Source: Bigelowiella natans CCMP2755 (lineage: Eukaryota; Protista; Cercozoa). Taken from it: 33,439 nucleotides of DNA. The stretch's first letter is position 1, and each line of letters starts with the position of its first letter. The position numbers and the translations under genes are program-made. The DNA is taken from assembly GCA_000320545.1 (NCBI GenBank), contig ADNK01001022.1, positions 1 to 33,439 on the forward strand, given 5' to 3'. Below are positions 23,851 to 33,439 of the stretch, piece by piece. Under the pieces are notes generated by a model. It had not been told where the DNA came from. It saw only the letters and a list, made by a program, of their open reading frames with translations, and searched no databases.

Positions 23851-24364
23851 GAGGGCAAGCCACACGCACACTAACGATAACTACCACTTATGCTACTACT
23901 ACTACTACTACTACTACTACTGCTATCATCACCCTCTGCCGCCTTTGGAGAAGCAGCAGCAGTAGAAGCAGCGACGGATTTGCCAAACTTGGAATCAAAC
24001 ACCGACTGGAGGAAATCAACGAGGTGGAATCTACCAGCAGCATATACCCAAGGAGAGGAGTAGGAATGGATCCATGACGGCAACGGCAACGACAACGACA
24101 CACCAATCAAAGAAAACACATCAGAATGAGAAGAGAAGGCCCAAAGCACATAGAGAGGGGAACGATTCGATTGCTGAACGGAGAGACCATCATCAACAAC
24201 TAACAAAGCAGCAGCAGCAGCAGCATGCACATCCTGCGTACACGACACGACCGCATCATTTGCCAGACTACGGCAAGAATGAGCTTCTTGTTGCCTCCAG
24301 CGAGGTTGTCGCCACCCACAGATACCTATCATTTGTATAGGTTGTAACGATGATGATGATGATA

Positions 24365-24398
<34 letters not shown>

Positions 24399-25069
24399 CT
24401 GTAATATGTAGAAGAAAATATGTATTATAGCACGAAGAAGGAGAGGAGGAGGACAACACTATCAGTCAACTCACTAGCGAGAAGTTGAAACTCGGCCCTT
24501 TGGCAATGGACACAACCAAGTTGCAGTTTCCCAGCTGATGCATGACGAGGGGGGGGGAGAGGACAGAAGTAGAAGCAGAAGCAGAAGCAGGAGGGGGAGG
24601 AGGCAAACCATTTAGAATCATTTCTATCACAGTCTTTACAAAGAATTGAAATATCAGAACAGCATGCCTCCTCCTCCTCCTCCTACTACAAATACCACCA
24701 CCACAGCCTCTATCCCGAATACTACTACTACTAAAACTAATACTACTACTACAATAATAATCACCTTTTGAAAGCGATTCGTTGGTTTCTTCTCAACTCG
24801 TCGCCAAGGCACCGACCCAGGGACGATCTTGTCTAACACCTGCATCATAATGAGGTAGTGTTGGTGATGGTGGTGAGAATGACGATGATGACGATGGTGA
24901 GAATGATGATCGTGATGGTGGTAGTGTGCGCAAGGAGGGGGCCAAGTTATGTTCATACTACGACCTTGAGCAGCACCAGGCCGTCCCGACAGTCCGTGAA
25001 AAGGTTGTGAATGTACACACCCTTTGCATTAGTGCTGTTGATCCACATTCTAAAGCCAAACGGACCAAC

Positions 25070-25120
<51 letters not shown>

Positions 25121-25586
25121 ATTACTACAGTACTAGCAGCAAACAGCAGCAGCGGTATAGAAGATATTCTTGCTCCCTCACAGAAGTATATCCAAACACT
25201 GGACGAAGGAGTGTTCTCCTACCACCACCACCACCACAATCGCCATCACTGCTACTACAACAACAACAACTACTACTACTACTCAATACGCAAAAAAGGA
25301 CCTGAAAGCTCTCTCAAGCCGGCTTTCGCCCTTGTCGTCGTTCATAAGCGCAACACGCTTCCCACCCCATTTCCTTGAAGAAGAAGCAACTGCAAGAAGC
25401 CGTTTCTCCCCACCGGCCAATGGTGCACTTGATGGCCCTTCCTTGCCCTGCGTCTCCTCGAGGGTAATCGGCCAAAACCCTGGAATCTCCATGAATATCT
25501 TCGTTGCGGCAGAAATGAAAGTCAGCGAATGCACAACAAGCACACGAGCACCAGCATGCACACGCACACGCACACGCACGTAAGTA

Positions 25587-25632
<46 letters not shown>

Positions 25633-26870
25633 GGCCTCTGCACTGACCCAAACGGGCAATGAAAACAGGGTTGAGGTGTAGGAGGAGATGATTAGCAGCG
25701 GCACTAGGTAGTATAAATGTGCAGCAAGTACCTGGGCCACAGCGACGAATCGTGCGTTGGCAAACCACGAGGACGACATGGCTGTCAAGAGGACCGATCA
25801 GCCATGAGGAGAGACCGCACACACACGCGCACACGCACACACACACACACACACACACGCAATACGGAGTACATTGTGATAAGATCTCAGTGAGTGAGTT
25901 GTTGCAGTGATAATAATGATGGTTTCTCTTCCTCTCTACACGAAGGAGACGACGCCAACATTCACTACACCGCCAATCAGCATTAATATCCCAGCATCTC
26001 TCCCCACCCCCCCCACCCCCCCTCTCCATTTTACCAGATCCTCCAATACCAGTCGCACTACTGCCCTTTCTGTTTCTGCTGAGTCTCGACGTTTTGGTGT
26101 CTTTGCCAGCTCGCCGCTGCTTCTTCTCCCTCTCCTCCTCCTCAGCAGCATCAGCAGCGGCGTCAAACAAGTCCTCGCACACGAGGGTGCCTAATCACGT
26201 AAGAAGAAACGACGACTCTTCACTCACATTTAAGCAAGCCCAAGGCTTTGCAGGAGTCGGTGTACTAGAGAACGGGGATGATGATGATGATGTTGATGGG
26301 GAAAGACGTGGTATTGTTTCACATAGTTATTTATTACTGCTGCTGCTGCTATATATTTACTACTACTACTACTACTAATCTTTCCATCTCCTCTTCCTCT
26401 CTCTACTACATACACCTACTTGCACGGTATGCCTTCGAAGACTTAAGGCGTCTTTTGATGAGGTGCCTGGGAGAAGGAGGAGGAGGGATTGAACGAGATG
26501 AGTGACTGGATGATGCTGTTGCTGCTGCTGCTGCAGCGAATTTAATTTATCATATAGTGATGCTGCTCGTAGCCTTTGGATATCTTTTAGTAGATGCTTA
26601 TTTGTCGTTTGTTTGCTCCCCCCCCTTCTCTGTATCTTGCCGCGAGCTATTGCTTACCATCGCTCTTTGACTCCGCCTTCTGCACATTTCACATCATCGT
26701 AGAACTTCTCGATGCTGGCACGCGTCTTGGTAGCTGCCCCTTCTTCTTCTTCTTCTTCTTCACCTTGCTCTGTCTTCTCGTCTTGTTGCTGCTGTAGCAG
26801 GGCCCCGTAGATAATCGCCCCCAGCCTTTCTGGCGACCACACGCCGCCTGGTTTTGTGGTGTATGTGTGT

Positions 26871-26911
<41 letters not shown>

Positions 26912-28188
26912 CTTGTTCGCATCTTTGCGTGTGTGAAAAGATGCTATAATTGAGCGCTCACAAGACAGGGCGAGATACCTTTTGTATCTGCAAACTTTGG
27001 CAGCGTTTGTTGCTTCTGGCCTCCCTTCGCCTGTTGTGGATCGTATATCGTTATTGCGAGATGTGCATGGTAATGCAACATCATCATAATTTTAAATTAA
27101 GATTTCGATGCCACTGGTGCTCCTCCTCCTCCTCCTCCTCCCAAAACAACTTGCTCACCTTTTGGATATGAAAGAGGTGGTGGTTTGCCCACTTGGAGAG
27201 AAGCTAAATTATATGATAATGATGATAATGGTGATGATGATGATCATGATAATTGTGAAGGAGCCCCGTGATAACAACAACAACAACAACAACAGCAAGA
27301 AGAGGAAGAAGAAGAAAAAGGATGAGTAATTCGCATACAAGAAGTGTATGTATGTGTGCGCCGCACGTGTGATCCAAATCCTCATCATCATGTATCACCC
27401 AGTAGAGAGAGAGAGAGAGTCCCCACGGATGGTTTTCTACTACTGGTGCTGCTGCTGCTACTACTTTGCTACTACTACCACCACCACCACTACTACTACT
27501 ACTACCACTACTACTACTACTACTACAACGCCATTGGATACATTCATACTCTGAAAATCCAGGAAATGATGTTTGATCCAACACTACACCAACAGCCCAC
27601 CTGCCTCGGGTACTGTGAGGATGCGACTTCGTAGGCCTCCTTCCAGTCGATCTCGCCCTGTGACGATCCGAACCCCTCGCAACCTGCGACTGGCACTAGC
27701 TTGGGGAAGTTCCTGAGGGTAATCCGCAGCTCTGCCTGAGCCGCTAAGATCTTCCACATGAAGCCTGTGACTTCCATTGGGTGTCCGTAGCTGTGGAGGA
27801 GGTGCTTGGTCCGCAGCGCCCCGGTCTGCACGCCGATGGCCTTAGCGCTTTCAACAACCTGATTCGTCGTGGTGTTGCTTTGGTTTTTGGTTTGGTCGTC
27901 GCAATCATGGTGGTGGTGGTGATGATGATGATGATGATGATGAGGGTGATGATGAGGGTGATGACGAGGAGGAGGGGGTGGAGGGGGAGGATGGTGAGAG
28001 TGCGGCGAGAGGAAAAACTAGTGCTGCTAGCAGTATTGTGCTGTTTAGTTGTTGTAAGGAAAGATGCATTAAGGGGGATGAAAGCGGCGAGCGAGCGGGA
28101 GGGGAGGAGGAGGAGGGGAAGGGGCAGAGGGTGGGAGATACAATCGCTCCATTATCGTAATTGTCAACCACTACAAGAGAAGGAGAGG

Positions 28189-28222
<34 letters not shown>

Positions 28223-29693
28223 GAAGATATTCGGTAGTCCGTTTGCCGACTTACCAAAGTAAGGTTCTCCATCATCGCATGCATTGAAAGCTGGTGATTC
28301 TTCAAGCTATCCAGGGAGGGAAGGCCCCCCTAACGAACATAGCAAATAATATACCGATGATAGTTATGGTCATGAGGATGATTGATGATGATTATATCGA
28401 CGCTCTACTGAGGAATCAAGGCTACCGCTACCCGAAACACATATACGTCTACTGACTCTCCATGAATAAGGAAACACTTAATATATCATCGTCACCATAG
28501 TCGTCATCGTCGTCGTCGTCGTCATCATCATCATCATCATCATCCCAATCAAATCGTCACATCTCCGTATGTATGTGTGCGTGTGTGCGCGTATTACAAC
28601 AGGAGAGCTCTGTGCCCGCCCCCTCCCGTGGTCCATCTGAGACATGTCCCCCTCCGCCATGGCTGCTGCCTCTGCGAAAGCGCTGGACCCTGCTTCCATC
28701 ATCTTGCTACTTCTACTGCTACTGCTGCTATTGCTGTTACTGTTGCTAGAGAGGTGTAGGAATGGATGTTTCTCAGGGTCATGATAATGCACGTGATTGA
28801 TTGCTCTCATATCAATGGTGTCCGACGCTCCGCTGTTGATGAGCGCAGCAAGAATGAGCCCGTTGGAGACCTACGACGACACGCATCGGTTGGGTTGTTT
28901 CATCGGGCGGTGGGTTGGGTGATGATAGTAGTAGTATACTTCTCTTCAGCGTTTCGAGAAGATAGGATGCCCTCAGCTCTTCCCCTCCCTCCCCCCCCTC
29001 TCGTTTTCCTCTGTTGGTTTGATGAGTAGCATCTCCCAAAAACTACAGTCAAGATTCTCCTCTTCTCCCTCCTCATCCTCCTCCTCCTCCCACCTCTAAT
29101 ACTTCTGCTACTTCGGCCTACTACTCTTTACCCCCCACCCCTCTTCCCACAGATCATGAATGACGGATGCCGCTCTCTTTCACTCTCTACTACTACTATT
29201 CCTCCTCCTTCTCCCCTCCCTCCTTCCATCACTGGCTTGTTTGCTTGCTTCCCTCTTGACCTTGTGAATCAGATCCACGTACGACTCGACGTCGATAGGG
29301 ACAAGATTGGCCCTGATCAGCATTTTGTGGCTCCCAAGCACTTGGTTTACGTAGCCGCTCAGGACGGATATCTGCGACATGTCCTTCTCGGTCACCACGA
29401 CGTCCGGCCATGGAAGATGCTGCTGCTGCTGTTTCTGCTGGGAAGAGGCAGTGTTAGACGACGTTGCTCGTAGGAACTCGGGTGGGGAGGATGATGAGGT
29501 TGCATTGGAGAAAGACCTGAAGTAGTAGTAGTATATAGTGGTGGTAGTAGTAGTAGTAGCAGCAGCAGCAGTGTGGTTACACGCTCCTCGAGCAGGAATA
29601 GTGAGAGAGATAAAGAGAGATAAAGAGCGAAAAAGAGAGAGAGAGAGAGAGAAAGAGAGAGAAAGAGAGAGAAAGAGAGAGAAAGAGAGAGAA

Positions 29694-29767
<74 letters not shown>

Positions 29768-30050
29768 CTTTGGCCTTGCTATTTTCTTGCTTTTCTTCGA
29801 TGGGAATTGAGGTAGATCATCCACTTTGTCCTCGTCCTCCTTTCCTTCTTCATCGCCATGTTGCTGTTCTTCCTCCTCCTTCTCCTCCTCCTCCTGCTGC
29901 TGCCTTTCAAGTAGTAGCCTGGCCTCCGGAGAAAGAAGCTTCAAAATCTCAGAAGCGAGTGCAATGCTGAGGAAAGAAAGTATGATACGGCAACAATTCA
30001 ATAACGGTGAATAGTCAAATTTCCCCTGGCTGTATTGGTCGCTTGAGCAC

Positions 30051-30086
<36 letters not shown>

Positions 30087-30639
30087 AACACACTATTATT
30101 ATCTGACAACAATAGCTACCAATCTTCTCGTTCTGTTTGGTCGCCCTCTGCAGCAGCAGCTTGCTCCACCACTCGAGGCGTTTTCTCAACTGCTGCTTCT
30201 AAATGCCTACATTATTAAGCGTACGGCAACTCATGTGGGTAGTAGTGGTGGTGGTAGTAGTAGCAGTAGTAGTAGAGGTTTCTCCACAGTGGCGCAACAC
30301 AAAAAGAAGATAGAAAAGAAGGGACGACTTAGCGACCCACCCTTTGCATGTGGTTGGGATTTGCTTCTTGAACTCCTCCAAAGCGCTGATGATCTCGAGC
30401 TGATGATGATGATGATGATGATGATGAAAGAAGTAAGAATATGAGAGGCAAGTAATCGCTCAGATGATGCATCGATTTGTTTGACTCACCCTTTTTTGGA
30501 GCTCAACTTCCGCCTTCAGCCTGGCCTTCTCCGCCTGATATGATTATTGATATATTATCCGCTCGATTATTCTACCCCCCCCCCCTTCTTGCACACGATA
30601 GTCTTTGTTTCTCGGTTGGCAGAGCTAAGTAGGCAGGTA

Positions 30640-30671
<32 letters not shown>

Positions 30672-30771
30672 CACGTACCTCCTTTGCTTCCTGCTCTCTC
30701 CGTTTTGCTTCATCCTCAGCGTTCTTGCGAGCTTCCTGAGCCTACAATAAACACAAAAGGGGACTTCATTC

Positions 30772-30809
<38 letters not shown>

Positions 30810-30889
30810 CATGTGTGTGTGCGTGTGTGCGAGTGTGTATTATCTTTGGTACACAAGAACACACATCAAGAATGAAAGAGAGAGAGAGG

Positions 30890-30931
<42 letters not shown>

Positions 30932-31169
30932 CTGTCATCATTATATTTATCCATAATGGGTTTATGAAGAGCCTTGCCTTTCTGGCCTCCTCCTCTGCCT
31001 GCTTCCGGGCCTCTTCAGCCTGGCATATAACACAGAGCTGACTATGATGCCGATGACGACCATGATGATGATGATGATGATGACGACGACGATGATGATG
31101 ATGATTACGAAGGGTACTCTATGTCCTTCAATCCGGCTACAATGCGAAATTACTAGCGATATATTCACA

Positions 31170-31238
<69 letters not shown>

Positions 31239-31512
31239 CAGCAGGTCAATTCCCTCTCATCATCATCGTCATCACCCACCCTCTTTGCTTCCTCGTCTCG
31301 CTTCTTAGCATCATCCTCTGCCTTCTTCCGCGCTTCCTCGGCCTTCTTCGCTTCCTCTTCCGAGCGAAATATCTTCTTCCTGGCCTCTTCCTGGGCTCGT
31401 TTCCGCGCCTCTTCTGCCTGTCGCGCCTCCTCCTCTCTCTTCCTAGCCTCCTCCACTGCTACACGGCGCAGCTCTTCGGCCTGAACGTCATTTATTCTTC
31501 ATTTTCTACGAT

Positions 31513-31545
<33 letters not shown>

Positions 31546-31958
31546 GCGCTATTGTCTTACTCTATGGCATCCGACTCAATCTCATCAGCAGTCAAACAAA
31601 CTACCATACCCCCGAGCAAGTACCACGCACGCATAGCATATAAAACTCGGCCACCACCTTTCTCGCCGCTTCTTCCTTCTCGAGCGCCTCTGCCTCTGCC
31701 TGCTTCCTTGCTTCCTCAGCCTGTTTGGCCTTCTCCTCGGCGTGCTCCTTGGCCAACCTATCAGCTTCTTTCTGCCTCTCCTCTCCCTGGAGTCTCTCGG
31801 CCTCCTCCTTCCTCTTCGCCTCCTCCTCCTCGGCACCCTTTCTCTCCTTCTCCTCCTCTTGGTCTAGGCTTGGGAGGCCAGGGTCGGAGATCCCGCTCAG
31901 CACCTACTCGGGGGGGGGGGGTGATAATGATGGTAGCAATGAGTGTGTGTGTGTGTAT

Positions 31959-31995
<37 letters not shown>

Positions 31996-33151
31996 CCCCC
32001 GTTCTCAACGACGAGGACGATGATGACAACGGCGAATGACTTAACGTCATAATCATGGTATGCTGCTCGGACGTGTGGCCATCATATCCATGGGGAGCGT
32101 AGTAGCGATGAGCTGTTCTTATTTCTTCTCCTTCTCCTTCTTCTTCTTCTCCTTCTCCTTCTTCTTCTCATGTGTGCCGCGTGGCAAGTATACCTCCCCA
32201 GCGGATTCCTCCTCCTTAATGCCCTACGATGTTCACCAAGAAGAGGAGGGAGGAGAATCACGCACACAATGGTGACGGTGGTGGTTATTTCGCACCATGG
32301 AGAATGATATGTGAGATCTCGCTACTCTTTGAAGCAACAACGTATAATGACTATCTCTTGTCTGCTGATGCTACTACTACAAACAACTACTGCTGAAACA
32401 ACAATAGCAACCTACTGCTATTACTACTACAACAACAACAACTACTACTACTACTACTCGTTGTTTACTTTGAAGAGATCCGTTGTCGATGCGAGGCATA
32501 ATGTGGCGCGTCGAGCTGAGGAAACAAATTACCAGAATAAGGCGGGAACATCTTCAGAGAATGCGGAGAAGCGTCAGTGATAAGACGCGGAAATAATCGA
32601 AGCTAAACAGCAGCTGCAAAGATCATCCATCTCCACATCGCTCGCAATTTAATCCACATCGAGAGCCATGACACAGGAGTAGTATTGGCAAAGGAGGATG
32701 TGAAAGAGCACACGCGAGGGCAGAGGGGGAAATAGATGTCGAATTACACGGGCAAGTTTCGAGAGGAGAGGATGTTATTTATCATCATACCAAGCAATGC
32801 AGGGCAGCCAAGTATTCACATTTCCATCATCATCATCGTCATCATCATAATCATGGTCATCATCATCATCATCATCATGTAAATAGGTCCCCAAAGAAAA
32901 TTCCCCATTAGGTGGGTATTTTTCCAAAATTTTTAAATAGAAATATCAAAGAAACCAACAGGGGGGGGGGGGTGGAGAAGGAAGAGAGGAAGGTAAAGAC
33001 GATAGTCATCACAGACATGAGATAGATTAAAAAGGCAAAATATTTGTAAGAGCAACATCTTCATAAGAACATCGTCCATGATGCATGCATGTGTGTTTGG
33101 AGGAGCACACCTTTTCGCCTGTCAAGAGCTCTCTTAGGCTGGAGCCTCCTC
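21698..33151 (-). CDS. Large fimbrin/plastin-like actin-bundling protein (four CH domains) with an N-terminal ER/K-rich charged helix; 5' end lies beyond the window
   Basis: CH1: [10 protein letters not shown]...LVPIDVE...|[12 protein letters not shown]...DTIDMRAIN...MMENLTL|[11 protein letters not shown]2: [10 protein letters not shown]...ARFVAVAQ|[10 protein letters not shown]3: ESRLERAF|RMWINS...[18 protein letters not shown]|[25 protein letters not shown]|LGNCNLVV...[17 protein letters not shown]4: IIEWAN...[30 protein letters not shown]|[13 protein letters not shown] (TAA 21698-21700). Some internal exons (22750-23700, 25900-26850, above 32190) are ambiguous. Confidence 0.88.
29636..29764. 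repeat. Compound intronic microsatellite (GA)n-(TA)n-(GA)n, representative of dozens of (AT)n, (CA)n, (GA)n, (TAC)n, (ATC)n, (CTT)n and (CTG)n tracts in the window
   Basis: Directly visible. Similar tracts occur at 337-362, 810-837, 10217-10284, 13978-14041, 23716-23846, 25592-25629 and 31174-31235, among others, nearly all inside introns of the PPR, MINDY4 and fimbrin genes. Confidence 0.95.
30490..31903 (-). repeat. Exon-encoded E/A/R/K helical repeat (AEEARK-type) within the fimbrin-like gene
   Basis: Exons 31903-31658, 31480-31280, 31019-30978, 30741-30679 and 30534-30490 encode repeats such as [14 protein letters not shown] and [27 protein letters not shown]. Confidence 0.8.
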
Positions 33152-33320
33152 CTATCAGATATGCGACGACAACGCGGCATTCAAACAATGAGGGGGGGGG
33201 AAAGGAGGAGGAGGAAAGAAAGGAAGAAGATGACACATAGCAATCATCCATATGAGGAGGAAGAGAAGCGGGGGAAACTCCTACTTCTGAGAATGATAGC
33301 AATAATATGCATAGCCGATA

Positions 33321-33355
<35 letters not shown>

Positions 33356-33399
33356 CTCCCAGCAAGGATCTCTTGCACTATTTTGCTTCTACCATGTCT

Positions 33400-33437
<38 letters not shown>

Positions 33438-33439
33438 CG

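Noticed and set aside
25283-26182. Long ORF-track entries such as the 299 aa (25283-26182) and 310 aa (29180-30112) ORFs as standalone genes
   Set aside because: They are chimeras of real exons and stop-free microsatellite introns ([18 protein letters not shown]).
26780-27110. FYVE-like zinc finger inside the fimbrin gene
   Set aside because: The apparent Cys/His words come from intronic or alternative frames. The phase-consistent reading is the CH2 segment (KFADTK|[18 protein letters not shown]).
1-33439. CRISPR arrays, rRNA or tRNA genes, transposase or reverse-transcriptase ORFs
   Set aside because: None recognised. The repeats are simple microsatellites without repeat-spacer structure, and I found no TIR/TSD or LTR pairs by eye.

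Overview
This is eukaryotic nuclear DNA, intron-dense and loaded with microsatellites. The raw six-frame ORF track is mostly noise, so I rebuilt spliced gene models by hand using GT/GC-AG sites and phase matching. Seven genes strictly alternate in strand: a PPR protein (-, 3' end beyond window start), a ZNF593/Bud20-like zinc finger (+), a METTL7-like class I SAM methyltransferase (-), a hypothetical protein (+), a MINDY4/FAM188B-like deubiquitinase (-), a protein ending in LRR plus a PR/SET-like domain (+), and a large fimbrin/plastin-like protein with an ER/K charged-helix region (-, 5' end beyond window end). Bipartite-looking N-termini (hydrophobic signal followed by a Ser/Arg-rich transit-like segment) suggest an alga with a secondary plastid, most likely a chlorarachniophyte such as Bigelowiella; this is inference. 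The most striking unexplained structure is that all three convergent (tail-to-tail) spacers hold a ~0.7 kb microsatellite-free island enriched in the palindrome CTAG (plus GCTA/TAGC, CATG, TGCA), while the divergent spacers do not. The otherwise intact PPR gene also has one in-frame TAG in the middle of a PPR motif.
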